DNA of 64,000 nucleotides from Fidelibacterota bacterium (GTDB taxonomy: Bacteria; Fidelibacterota; Marinisomatia; Marinisomatales; TCS56). This document shows positions 10,700 through 20,942 of the stretch, one piece after another (within the stretch, counting starts at the first letter, position 1; every line of letters starts with the position of its first letter). The translations under genes were made by a program, and so were the position numbers. Below the pieces are notes generated by a model. The model saw only the letters and a program-made list of their open reading frames with translations, was not told where the DNA came from and made no database searches. The stretch spans positions 1 through 64,000 of the forward strand of contig JBDRBK010000070.1 in assembly GCA_043822705.1 (NCBI GenBank). Direction: 5' to 3'.

Positions 10700-11704
10700 A
10701 TGAAGAAATATCTCGTTTTAAGTCTGCTGCTGTTGTTGTCGATGTTATCGGCGAAAAAAACGATAATAAAAATGGCCACCCTGGCGCCGCAGGGCTCCGA
10801 CATGCATATGCGGTTGGTGGATATGGGACAGCGCTGGACCGAAGCCACGAATGGCGAGGTCGTGCTGCGATTGTACCCCAGCGGTGTGGTCGGTGATGAA
10901 CGCGACATGATCCGCAAAATCCGGATCGGACAGATTCACGCGGCGGCTATCACCACCGAAGGTTTGTCGGTGATAACGCCGGATGTGTACGGTTTCCTGG
11001 TACCGATGCTGTTTCAGGATTTCGACGACGTGGACTGGGTCAGGGACCGGATCAGCGGTCAGTTGAATACCGATTTCGAGCAGAACGGTTTTATTGTATT
11101 AAATTGGAGTGATGTGGGCTGGGCCTACTGGTTTACCAAGGACCCGTTGATAAAGCCGAGCGATCTCAAGAAAATGCGGATTTTTACCTGGGCCGGTGAT
11201 TACAACACCACCCAATTGTGGAATAAGGCCGGTTATGAATCGGTTCAACTGGCTTATCTGGATGTACTGTCCGGCCTGCAGACCGGTCTGATCGACGCCC
11301 TGGCGACTCCGGCCATTATGGCATTGTCGAATCAATATTTTGGTCCGGCTTCGTATATGCTGGATATGAAATGGGGCCTGGTGACCGGCGGAACCGTGAT
11401 CGACAAGCGAATCTGGGAGACGATTAAACCGGAGTATCGGCCTAAAATTCTGCAGATCGCCCAGCAGTTTGGCCGCGAACAACAGGCCGTCAATCGAACC
11501 CTCGACGAGCAGGCGATCGCCATGATGCAGGAATATGGCCTGAAAGTCTACAGGCCGACGAAGGATGAACTCCAGGAATGGCAGGAATTGACCAGCTCGT
11601 TTTATTCGCAGATCCGTGGTACGCTGATTCCGGCGGAAATATTTGACCGTGTCGTGAATCTAAAAGCACAGAAAGATTCATTGCTAACCGAACTCGAGCA
11701 ATAG
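10700..11704 (+). CDS. dctP: TRAP substrate-binding protein DctP (TatP-type)
   Basis: IKMATLAPQGS, YPSGVVGDE, LQTGLID motifs; start chosen at MKKYLVL signal peptide. Confidence 0.88.
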   Translation: MKKYLVLSLLLLLSMLSAKKTIIKMATLAPQGSDMHMRLVDMGQRWTEATNGEVVLRLYPSGVVGDERDMIRKIRIGQIHAAAITTEGLSVITPDVYGFLVPMLFQDFDDVDWVRDRISGQLNTDFEQNGFIVLNWSDVGWAYWFTKDPLIKPSDLKKMRIFTWAGDYNTTQLWNKAGYESVQLAYLDVLSGLQTGLIDALATPAIMALSNQYFGPASYMLDMKWGLVTGGTVIDKRIWETIKPEYRPKILQIAQQFGREQQAVNRTLDEQAIAMMQEYGLKVYRPTKDELQEWQELTSSFYSQIRGTLIPAEIFDRVVNLKAQKDSLLTELEQ

Positions 11705-11712
11705 ACGGCATT

Positions 11713-13527
11713 TTGAATACCAGGCGATCCAAGCAACAGTTTTCCCGGCACCTGAATCGTGGTGAAGATACAGTCGTTCTGGTTGTGTTCTTTGCAATCA
11801 CTTTTCTGCCGGCCATCGAAACTGTGCTGCGTGCCCTCGGCGTGCCGGGCGTGCCGGCGTCAGCAATCCTGGTACAGCATCTGACATTGTGGATCGGTTT
11901 TGCCGGCGCCATTCTTGCGACCCGCCAGAATAAACTATTATCCCTGACAACCAAACCGCTGTTTACCGCTGAGGATGAATTCCATCCGGGACGTTGGCTG
12001 GCAAAAACAGTATCGTTCATGGTCGCTCTGGCGCTGATGTGGGGCAGTTGGCAACTGGTGCGAGTGGAAATGCAGTATCCCCGGGAGATCGCCCCCGGAC
12101 TGCCAATCTGGTTTGCTCAGATTATCATGCCGATTGGTTTCGGTCTGATCGCGCTGCAGATATATTTCCACAGTTTTCGCGACCGCCTGCTGCGGGCGAC
12201 GATGCTAATGGTGCCGGTGCTGTTAATTGGTCTAAATATGACCGGTTATTTCCAGGACAGCATCTGGGTGATCGCACTGTCCCTGGGCGTACTTTTAACC
12301 GCCCTGTTATTCGGCGCACCGATTTTCATCGGGTTGGGGGGAGCCGCGGTAATCTTATTCTGGAATTCCTATGTACCATTATCGGCCATACCGGCTGAAA
12401 CCTACCGGATAGTCGTTTCTCCGACTTTACCGACGATCCCGCTGTTCACGCTGGCGGGCTATATTCTGGCCGAAGGCGGCGCCTCAAAACGAATGCTGAA
12501 ATTGTTCCGGACCTGGTTTGGCTGGATTCCCGGTGGTACCCCGGTCGTCGTTGTTATCCTGTGCGGTTTTTTCACGGCCCTGACCGGCGGTTCGGGCGTG
12601 ACCATCCTGGCCTTGGGTGGAATTCTGGTTCCGTTGTTGATCAAAGAAGGCTACTCGCGCATATTCGCCATCGGCCTGGTCACTGTCGCCGGATCGCTGG
12701 GACTGCTGTTCCCCCCCAGTCTGCCGGCGATAATATACGGCGTCACCGCCGGCGTTTCCGTAAAATCGATGTTTGTCGCCGGTGTGGTGCCCGGTATTGT
12801 CCTGGTGGTCGCGGTTTCGGCCTGGGCGATCCGGCGGGGAAAGATCGATCACATCAAGCACCGTCCGTTTAAAGTGCGGGACGCCGTAGCAGCCCTCCGC
12901 GAAACCAAATGGGAGGCAGTGATTCCAGTTGGAATTTTATTTGGTATCTTCGGTGGCTTTACCACTCTGGTCGAGACCGCCGCCTTGACGGCTGTCTATG
13001 TGCTGATCGTCGAAGTATTTATTTACAAGGATCTATCCTTGCAGAAGATACCCAAAATCGTCGTGGACTGTGCCACACTGATCGGCGGTGTATTAATCAT
13101 TCTGGGAGTCGCCATGGGGCTTACCAGTTATCTTGTGGATGCCCAGATACCGATGCTACTACTGGATATGGTAAAAACGCTGGTGGCATCAAAATATGTC
13201 TTCCTGATTATGCTGAATATCTTTCTGCTGCTGGTCGGCTGTCTCATGGATATATTCTCGGCTATCATCGTTGTCGTCCCGCTGATTGCGCCGCTGGGGA
13301 TATACTTCGGTATCGATCCGGTTCATCTGGGAATTATTTTCATTGCCAACCTGGAATTGGGCTTTTTGACTCCGCCGGTAGGGATGAATCTGTTCTTGTC
13401 GGCCTACCGTTTCGACGAATCGATGCCGGTGATCTATAAGGCTACGCTACCGTTTTTCCTGATTCGCTTTGTGATCGTACTGGCGATCACCTACCTGCCA
13501 TTTTTGTCGCTGGGATTACTTGGTTGA
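11713..13527 (+). CDS. TRAP transporter fused small/large permease (DctQM)
   Basis: N-terminal DctQ-like TMs; DctM motifs IPLFTLAG, GSLGLLFPPS, GFLTPPVGMNLF. Confidence 0.9.
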   Translation: MNTRRSKQQFSRHLNRGEDTVVLVVFFAITFLPAIETVLRALGVPGVPASAILVQHLTLWIGFAGAILATRQNKLLSLTTKPLFTAEDEFHPGRWLAKTVSFMVALALMWGSWQLVRVEMQYPREIAPGLPIWFAQIIMPIGFGLIALQIYFHSFRDRLLRATMLMVPVLLIGLNMTGYFQDSIWVIALSLGVLLTALLFGAPIFIGLGGAAVILFWNSYVPLSAIPAETYRIVVSPTLPTIPLFTLAGYILAEGGASKRMLKLFRTWFGWIPGGTPVVVVILCGFFTALTGGSGVTILALGGILVPLLIKEGYSRIFAIGLVTVAGSLGLLFPPSLPAIIYGVTAGVSVKSMFVAGVVPGIVLVVAVSAWAIRRGKIDHIKHRPFKVRDAVAALRETKWEAVIPVGILFGIFGGFTTLVETAALTAVYVLIVEVFIYKDLSLQKIPKIVVDCATLIGGVLIILGVAMGLTSYLVDAQIPMLLLDMVKTLVASKYVFLIMLNIFLLLVGCLMDIFSAIIVVVPLIAPLGIYFGIDPVHLGIIFIANLELGFLTPPVGMNLFLSAYRFDESMPVIYKATLPFFLIRFVIVLAITYLPFLSLGLLG

Positions 13528-13587
13528 TTGAATAATTGACCTGAATCACTATCAACATCGGGAACAAAGACCGCGGGAAAACATATC

Positions 13588-13617
13588 TTGCATGGTTAGA
13601 AAGGCTTAGAATAACTT
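13588..13617 (+). promoter_or_regulatory. Putative promoter TTGCAT-N18-TAACTT upstream of porV cluster
   Basis: Hexamer match in the intergenic region. Confidence 0.4.
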
Positions 13618-13734
13618 TAGTGACTATATTAGCGAGGTGCCGATAATACATCGATAACAGTGAATGTTACTGATCAGCAAAGATAAAAAAGGATTTGCCT
13701 GTACACGGGCAATCTTATTAATGGAGAACGAACA

Positions 13735-15084
13735 TTGAAGAACAAACGGTTCGTGCTGTACCTATCGGCCCTGTTAAGCCTATCGGCCCTGTCAGCTCAG
13801 AGTGAGGCAGGCGCAATTTTCCTCTTGATTTCACCCGGCGCCCGCGCCGGTGGAATGGGCGAGGCCCAGGTTGCCGTCGCCAATGACGCTTATGCCAGTT
13901 ACTGGAATCCCGCCGGCCTGGGATTTCTGAAAGGCTCCGAACTGGCCTTGATGCATGTCAACTGGTTGCCAAACCTGGCAGATGACCTGTACTACGAATT
14001 CCTGGCTTACCGCAAGCATATCAAACATCTTGGCACGGTCGGCGGACATATTATATATCTGAATCTGGGTGAACAGCTCAGAACCAGCGAGTTTGCCGTC
14101 GAACTGGGGACGTTTACGACATATATGATGGCGGTCGCCTTCAGTTACAGTTCCCTGTTATCGCCGCATTCATCTCTGGGTATCAATACCAAAATTACCT
14201 ACCAGCATCTGGCTTCGATCGGAGCCGGCGCCGAAAAGGGGAAAGGCACATCCACCGATTTCGGATTCGACATCGGTTATCTGCGCAAGGGATTCATTAA
14301 TCCACGCCTGGACCTGGGCTTGACGGTCACCAATATCGGTCCCAAGGTAGCCTTTATCGATGCCGCCCAGGCGGATCCCCAGCCCACCAACCTGACGTTG
14401 GGGCTCCAGTATCGACTGGTGGATTCTGAATTTAATCGCCTGAGCCTGGTCTATGATGTCGATAAATTGCTGGTCGCCTCCTATCCTGACATGGATTGGG
14501 ACGGTGATGGCAAAATCGGCGGCTATGATACGGAAGGGCACGTTTCCTTATCCAATGCCGAGTATAACGTGAAAGGGAAACGCGAGACCGCCCATACCGA
14601 CCCGATTTATCAGGCGATCTTCACCTCCTGGGTAGATGACTGGCTCTTGGGTGGCGATGTCGATAAATCACCACCAAGCTATGATTCCGATGGTAAAATT
14701 GGCGGTTGGTACCATGCCAACGATAAAAATGACAACGGTATTCCCGAGTATGGCGAAATGGCCCTAACCGGCGGTGAATTCGGCGATGACACCTGGGGCA
14801 TTTACAATGAATTCGGCCAGAAAGAAGTGGGAACCGGTAAAGACCGAACGGTGATGAACGAGGTGGATAAGCTGGTCCATAATATCGGCGCCGAATATTG
14901 GTATGCCAATAATTTTGCGATGCGAATCGGCTATTATTACGATAAAACCGGTAAAATCGGGAACATGACCCTCGGTTTCGGTTTGCGCTTTGCCAGTTAC
15001 GGGTTCGATTTTGGTTATATTGCCGGGAAAGCCGAAGATTCATTGTCGAATACGATGCGATTCTCAATGAATATGGAATTTTAG
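13735..15084 (+). CDS. porV: PorV/PorQ-family outer-membrane barrel with large acidic insertion
   Basis: FLLISPGARAGGMGEA...DAYASYWNPAGL signature; C-terminal NTMRFSMNMEF. Confidence 0.85.
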   Translation: MKNKRFVLYLSALLSLSALSAQSEAGAIFLLISPGARAGGMGEAQVAVANDAYASYWNPAGLGFLKGSELALMHVNWLPNLADDLYYEFLAYRKHIKHLGTVGGHIIYLNLGEQLRTSEFAVELGTFTTYMMAVAFSYSSLLSPHSSLGINTKITYQHLASIGAGAEKGKGTSTDFGFDIGYLRKGFINPRLDLGLTVTNIGPKVAFIDAAQADPQPTNLTLGLQYRLVDSEFNRLSLVYDVDKLLVASYPDMDWDGDGKIGGYDTEGHVSLSNAEYNVKGKRETAHTDPIYQAIFTSWVDDWLLGGDVDKSPPSYDSDGKIGGWYHANDKNDNGIPEYGEMALTGGEFGDDTWGIYNEFGQKEVGTGKDRTVMNEVDKLVHNIGAEYWYANNFAMRIGYYYDKTGKIGNMTLGFGLRFASYGFDFGYIAGKAEDSLSNTMRFSMNMEF

Positions 15085-15123
15085 GCTTCCGGTTCCGACG
15101 ATCATAAATTATTTCGATCTAAA

Positions 15124-17976
15124 ATGAAACGCGGTGTTATTACAGTATTGCTGATTGCAGTCGTTTGTCAGTTACCGGCCCGGATAACCGGTGATCTGAG
15201 AATCGCCGCTGTCAGAGTATCTTTTCACGAAGACAATTCGCCCGGAACAACCGGCACCGGTCAGTTCCTCTATGCCGTCGAATACGACACCTGTGCCAAT
15301 TACACCATTGATCCGGCCCCCCACGACAAAAATTATTTCCGTTCGCAGATTTACGCCGTAGATAATTATTTCCGGTCGGTTTCCTACGATCAGTTTGGTA
15401 TCGACACGGCTAATTCCCGGATATTTCCCGCCGGTTTGCAGGATAGCTACCAATTGGCGGATTCCATGTCGCATTATCATCGTTACGGCGAGGATGACCT
15501 GTACGAGCGGCGCGTTACCGAATTGTTCCGGGCTGCGCTGGAGTTAGCCTGGACCACGGATACGATTGATTTTTCAGATTATGACCTGGTTGTGGTCTTT
15601 CATGCCGGCATCGGCCAGGATTTCTCCCTGCCGTTTCTTGATCCGACTCCGGAGGATCTGCCGTCGACCTATGTCGATCCGCAGATGATCAGCAATCACC
15701 TGGGCGTTTCGTCCCTGGTAATTGGCGGACGTTCCATTGACCATGGTCTGGTCCTGCCCGAGACTCAGAACCATTTGCTGTACTCGATCGGTGAGGATAT
15801 GTTTGCCGGCGCCAGCGATCCCTGTGATTACCAGTACGGCCTGACCGGTACCTTTGCCATGCTGCTGGGATTTGCCGTCGGTCTGCCGCCGCTCTGGGAC
15901 ATTGAATCGGGCCGCAGCGGGATCGGCATCTTTGGATTGATGGACCAGGGTTCCAACAACGGGCGGGGGCTGATTCCGGCACCTCCCGATGCCTGGACCA
16001 GAATCCGGGCCGGCTGGGAGGAACCGATGGTGGCCATTCCCGGTAACCTCATTCAGATTCCGGAACGCGGTCAGGACAATACCATCAAAGTCGACATTGA
16101 TGACGACGAATATTTTTTGGTGGAAAACCGCACCAACTGGTTCCGCGATCAGGTTAGTATTGATTCGCTGCGCTGGTTGATTTATCAGCAGGGAAGAGCG
16201 ATCCATCCCGACAGCGGCCGTTATCCGGCAATGGTGGAAATTTTGTTCGATTCGGTAGCAATAACGAGGGCGGATAATGGTGTCGTCACCGCTGTCCCTG
16301 ATTATGATCTGGGGCTGCCGGCCTCCGGTCTGTTGATCTGGCATATCGACGAGCAGGTAATCAATTCCACCATCGGCAGCTATTCCATCAATGCCGACAA
16401 CTCCCGTTACGGTGTCGATCTGGAAGAGGCTGATGGCGCGCAGGATATCGGATTCCAGTCAATTTTCCCATTTGCCGATCCATCAGGCGGATATTTCGGC
16501 GATATCTGGTATCAGGGCAACCCCGAGCGCGATCGCCTGTACCCCGGGCGTAAAGGCCAACCGCTGGAGTTCGGGCCCTACACCTATCCCGATACCCGCA
16601 GTAATGCTGGTGCCGCTACCTTTCTGAATTTTCAGGGTATAGGTCGCCCGGCCGACACAATGTCATTTTTCCTCAGCAACGACCTGATAGCGGACGGTTT
16701 CCCCGATTTGAAACTGGACCTGCTGTTGTTAGAGGATCTGGATGGCGATGCCGTTCCCGATCTGGTCGGCAGCGGCGATTCGCTGTGGTGGGCACCCGCC
16801 GGTACATTGGAAAAACGAGTTTTTCATGCACTACAGTCATCGGACTTCCGGATAACCGTGACCGATTATTCCGCCGGGCTCAAGGCGTTGGCGGTCGCGG
16901 AAATAACAGCGGATTCGGTGCGGATAGTTGATTTCAGGTATAATTCCACTACGGCAAGTCTGGAAACAGTCTGGACGGGTAGCGCAGGACTCAATTCTAT
17001 CGACCGTTTTTTCGGCAGTCGAATCGACAATTCAATCACCATCGTCTCGGGCCTGCGCCAGGTGAAGTGCAGTGCTGCTGGTTGCGAAGAATTAATTCTG
17101 GATTCCGAACCGCTGGACACAATTTCAGTACATTACCAAAATTCCAGTGCTATCCAGGCCCTGAAAATATTTTACGACGGACAAAATCTGGAAGTCCGCA
17201 ACTCTGATAATTTACCGGTCAGCAGCCTGTCGCGAACAGGGCTGAGAACCCTGGCCGCGGCCGATATTGACGGGGACGGTCAGGTCGATATCATCACCGC
17301 CAGCACTACCGGGGAACTGGCGGTTTACGATCAGAACTGTGTGCTCAAAGCCGGCTTCCCGGTGGCTGCTGATGCTTCTGGCCCTGTCTTAATCCGCGAT
17401 CTTTACGGCGATGCCTGCCCGGAACTGATGCTGCAGAATACTCCGGGCGAAATCTGCATTTACAATAATCAGGGTCAAAGAGATTATCGGCTGGCGAATG
17501 CGGTGGATAATAATTTGCTGATGGCCGGTGATTTTCGCAGACGTTCGTCAATTATCAGCCGGACGACGGTCTGGAGTTTTGATTCGGTTGCCGTGGCCGA
17601 GGTCAACGAATGGGCCGGGCCTAACGGGGGCGCCGTCAACGATCGACTTGTTTATATAGCAACGCCATTGGTAATACCCACTGCCGATAAGTTGATTGAA
17701 ACAGCCAAGACCTATGCTTATCCCAACCCGGCCCGGAACGGCTATACCACTATCCGGATCGCCGTCGGGACGGCCGAAAAAATTGAAATCAGTATTTTTG
17801 ACCTGGCCGGCTATCATGTCCGGGATATGAAAATCGATCAGCCTATCCAGCAGGCGGTCAATGAAATCCGCTGGGACGTCGGAGATATCGAGTCGGGCGT
17901 CTATTTTGTCCGTGTCCGTGGGCGAAGCGACTCACAGACCGCCACTACAATTCTCAAAGTCGGCGTAATTCACTGA
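15124..17976 (+). CDS. M6 (immune inhibitor A)-like protein with FG-GAP-like repeats and T9SS type A sorting domain; lacks HExxH
   Basis: VVFHAGIG, GLMDQG, EYFLVENR, GLLIWHID, VDLEEADG M6-type motifs; C-terminal YAYPNP...IFDLAG...SGVYFV. Confidence 0.75.
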   Translation: MKRGVITVLLIAVVCQLPARITGDLRIAAVRVSFHEDNSPGTTGTGQFLYAVEYDTCANYTIDPAPHDKNYFRSQIYAVDNYFRSVSYDQFGIDTANSRIFPAGLQDSYQLADSMSHYHRYGEDDLYERRVTELFRAALELAWTTDTIDFSDYDLVVVFHAGIGQDFSLPFLDPTPEDLPSTYVDPQMISNHLGVSSLVIGGRSIDHGLVLPETQNHLLYSIGEDMFAGASDPCDYQYGLTGTFAMLLGFAVGLPPLWDIESGRSGIGIFGLMDQGSNNGRGLIPAPPDAWTRIRAGWEEPMVAIPGNLIQIPERGQDNTIKVDIDDDEYFLVENRTNWFRDQVSIDSLRWLIYQQGRAIHPDSGRYPAMVEILFDSVAITRADNGVVTAVPDYDLGLPASGLLIWHIDEQVINSTIGSYSINADNSRYGVDLEEADGAQDIGFQSIFPFADPSGGYFGDIWYQGNPERDRLYPGRKGQPLEFGPYTYPDTRSNAGAATFLNFQGIGRPADTMSFFLSNDLIADGFPDLKLDLLLLEDLDGDAVPDLVGSGDSLWWAPAGTLEKRVFHALQSSDFRITVTDYSAGLKALAVAEITADSVRIVDFRYNSTTASLETVWTGSAGLNSIDRFFGSRIDNSITIVSGLRQVKCSAAGCEELILDSEPLDTISVHYQNSSAIQALKIFYDGQNLEVRNSDNLPVSSLSRTGLRTLAAADIDGDGQVDIITASTTGELAVYDQNCVLKAGFPVAADASGPVLIRDLYGDACPELMLQNTPGEICIYNNQGQRDYRLANAVDNNLLMAGDFRRRSSIISRTTVWSFDSVAVAEVNEWAGPNGGAVNDRLVYIATPLVIPTADKLIETAKTYAYPNPARNGYTTIRIAVGTAEKIEISIFDLAGYHVRDMKIDQPIQQAVNEIRWDVGDIESGVYFVRVRGRSDSQTATTILKVGVIH

Positions 17977-17978
17977 CG

Positions 17979-20942
17979 GTGACTACTATTAAGCGATTAT
18001 TTTTTATTTCCACACTAGCGGTATCGGTGATATTAGGTCAACTGGATTATAATCATCCGGAACTGGAATGGCAGACGATCGAGACGGAACATTTCCAGAT
18101 TCATTTTTACGACGCCACCGAAACCACCGCCCGGGAAGCAGCGGTCGTCGCCGAACGTATCTATCCCCGTGTGACCGAATTATACGGGTTTGAACCGGCG
18201 ACCAAAACCGATCTGGTTTTTCTCGACACTGACGATTTTTCCAACGGGATCGCCTTTTTTTACGACAATAAAATCTATATCTGGGCCACTCCGGTGGATT
18301 TCCTCCTGCGGGGGAGTCATCGCTGGTTGCAGATGGTAATCACCCACGAATTTGCCCATATCGTGTCGTTGCAGGCGGCTATGAAAGCAGGGGTGAAGAT
18401 ACCGGCGGTTTATTTACAATTCATGGGCTATGAGAAAGAGAAGCGTCAGGATGTCCTCTATGGATATCCCAACCGGATCTTCAGTTATCCAGTGCCGGGT
18501 ACGGGTCTGCCGCCCTGGCTGGCGGAGGGCATTGCCCAGTATAATTACGACGGCGCCGACTGGGATATCTGGGACACCCATCGTGATATGATCCTGCGCG
18601 ACCGTTCGCTGCACAACAAAATGTTGAGTCTGGCCGAGATGAACACATTCGGCAAAGCCGGAATCGGCAACGAGTCAATTTACAATTCCGGGTATGCCAT
18701 GACTATGTTTATCGTGAACCAATATGGCTCCGATAAGCTGGCGGCGCTGATGCGGGAATTTAAAAAACCGCTGCGGTTCTCGATAAATACGGCCATAAAA
18801 AATGTCCTGGGCGTGAGCGGTTCCGAACTGCATCGCAATTTCACCTTGACGGTGGATAAACGCTATCAGATACTGACACAGGATATCCGGGAGAATGAAC
18901 GGACCGGCCGGATAGTAGTCGACGAAGGCAGCGCCAACCTGTATCCGGTCTGGGCGCCGGATGGTAAATCTTTCACTTATATTTCAAATGCCGGAAATGA
19001 TTATTTTTCACAGACCAATCTGTATCGCTATAATCTGGTGGATGACAGCCGCAACCTGATCGCGAAGGGCGTTCATCACGCCGCCACCTGGCATCCCGAC
19101 GGCCGGACGGTCTACTATATTAGGAAAGCAGTGCTGCCGAACCGACACGGTTCCAGTTACTACGATATTTATGAATATGACTTCGAGAAAGATAAACATA
19201 ACCGGCTGACCCGCGATCTGCGCGCCTATTCGCCCGTTTATATCGCGAGCGACAGCGCCCTGGCATTTTTATCGTCATATGACGGCAACCAGAATCTGTA
19301 CCTGCTGCACCTCAAGGACCGGACAATCGAACGGCTGACCGATTTCCGGGATCACCGGTCGGTTTATGGCTTAACCTACGACCAACAGAATGAACGGATT
19401 CTGTTCGATTATTCGGTTCACCACTTCCGTGATATCGGGTATCTGTCATTGTCCGATTCGACGGTCGGAGATTTCCTGGCCGATCAGCGCTGGGATGAAC
19501 GTGATCTGACCATAACCACCACCGGTTCCATCATATTCGCTGACGATCGTACCGGCATTTTCAACCTGTACCGGATCGATCCGGTTTCCGGGCGGCAGGG
19601 CTACATCACCAACGTCACCGGCGGTGCATTCATGCCGTCGGTATCCGTCGAGGGCAAAATTCTGTATTCGCTTTACGACAATCTGGGTTATAAAATAGCG
19701 CTGCTGGATACGGTTAGCCTGATTGACAACGCTGTCGTTGGGTATTTACCCGAATTCTATCAGCGGAACAATGCCCTGGCGCCGCCGATCCTGGAATTGG
19801 ACACGACGCAGGCGGTTCCCTATGAAGATAATTTTACCACGATGTTTCTACTGCCGAAACTGATGTGGGAATATAACACCCTTAAACCGGGACTGTATTT
19901 TTACTCCACGGAAGTGCTGGAGCGACTGGGAGTCTTCGGTCAGGCTTCGGTAAATCGTGATTCGGATTTGGATCTGTTTCTGCTTTTCGAATTCAACCGT
20001 TTTTATCCGACGCTGTATACTGAAATCGCCTATCTGACCAGAAATAAACAGGAGCAGAATTACTATTCGGTCTATCCGATCGACGACAACCTCCGGTTTC
20101 GGCTGATCCAATTCAATGCCGGAGCGCGGTTCCCGCTGCTGGGGCATACCGGATTGGACCTGTTTATAAGCTGGCAGCGCTACCGGACCTTTATCAAGGA
20201 GAAACTGCCCACCAGCCTGCTGGAGGCCGGTGTGGCCTATGATTATTTTCGTGGCATCCACCTGGGCCTGCGCTGGAACGGCAGCATGATCAGACCGCGG
20301 GCGGACAGTAATATCAATCCGTCCGAAGGATTCAAATACCAATTGGAAGTCACGGTCGAAAAGAATCATTTCATCGACGGACTTGATCTGTCGGATTCGG
20401 GAACCTTGATCGAGGATTTTAAACCCAACAATTTGACCCGGGTATATCTTGAAAATTCCTATTTTATGGAATTGCCCGGTACCAGGCGCTGGACGCTGGC
20501 ATTTGAAACCAACCTGGGTTGGCTGTCCAATGCCGAGGCGGATTCGTTTTTTAACTATTTCGGCGGGGGACTGCCCGGTATTCAAGGTTATCCCTTCTAC
20601 AGCATTGAAGGTAACCGGCAGGCAATCGGCAAATTTGCTTTCAGAATCCCGTTTCTCTATCTGGAAGCGATTCCACTCGGCTGGTTCAGCCTGAACAACG
20701 GGACGATCGGTTTCATCGTCCAGGGCGGCGATGCCTGGGACGGCGATCAGGCTGATTTCGATCTCAAACGATCGGTCGGGTTACAGTTGCGATTGTCCGG
20801 TTTCTCGTTTTATAATTACCCGACAGCAATTGGTTTAGAAGTTCACCAAGGATTGGATAAATTCGATCTTCAAATAAACGGGAAAACATACAATTATGGA
20901 AAGGAGCCGCGGTTCTATGCGAGCATACTATTCGAGTTCTAA
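17979..20942 (+). CDS. Gluzincin-like (HEFAH) + PD40/TolB propeller + Omp85/BamA-like barrel protein
   Basis: ITHEFAH...PWLAEGIAQY; WAPDG/WHPDG repeats; FGGGLPGIQGY; terminal Phe. Confidence 0.7.
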   Translation: MTTIKRLFFISTLAVSVILGQLDYNHPELEWQTIETEHFQIHFYDATETTAREAAVVAERIYPRVTELYGFEPATKTDLVFLDTDDFSNGIAFFYDNKIYIWATPVDFLLRGSHRWLQMVITHEFAHIVSLQAAMKAGVKIPAVYLQFMGYEKEKRQDVLYGYPNRIFSYPVPGTGLPPWLAEGIAQYNYDGADWDIWDTHRDMILRDRSLHNKMLSLAEMNTFGKAGIGNESIYNSGYAMTMFIVNQYGSDKLAALMREFKKPLRFSINTAIKNVLGVSGSELHRNFTLTVDKRYQILTQDIRENERTGRIVVDEGSANLYPVWAPDGKSFTYISNAGNDYFSQTNLYRYNLVDDSRNLIAKGVHHAATWHPDGRTVYYIRKAVLPNRHGSSYYDIYEYDFEKDKHNRLTRDLRAYSPVYIASDSALAFLSSYDGNQNLYLLHLKDRTIERLTDFRDHRSVYGLTYDQQNERILFDYSVHHFRDIGYLSLSDSTVGDFLADQRWDERDLTITTTGSIIFADDRTGIFNLYRIDPVSGRQGYITNVTGGAFMPSVSVEGKILYSLYDNLGYKIALLDTVSLIDNAVVGYLPEFYQRNNALAPPILELDTTQAVPYEDNFTTMFLLPKLMWEYNTLKPGLYFYSTEVLERLGVFGQASVNRDSDLDLFLLFEFNRFYPTLYTEIAYLTRNKQEQNYYSVYPIDDNLRFRLIQFNAGARFPLLGHTGLDLFISWQRYRTFIKEKLPTSLLEAGVAYDYFRGIHLGLRWNGSMIRPRADSNINPSEGFKYQLEVTVEKNHFIDGLDLSDSGTLIEDFKPNNLTRVYLENSYFMELPGTRRWTLAFETNLGWLSNAEADSFFNYFGGGLPGIQGYPFYSIEGNRQAIGKFAFRIPFLYLEAIPLGWFSLNNGTIGFIVQGGDAWDGDQADFDLKRSVGLQLRLSGFSFYNYPTAIGLEVHQGLDKFDLQINGKTYNYGKEPRFYASILFEF

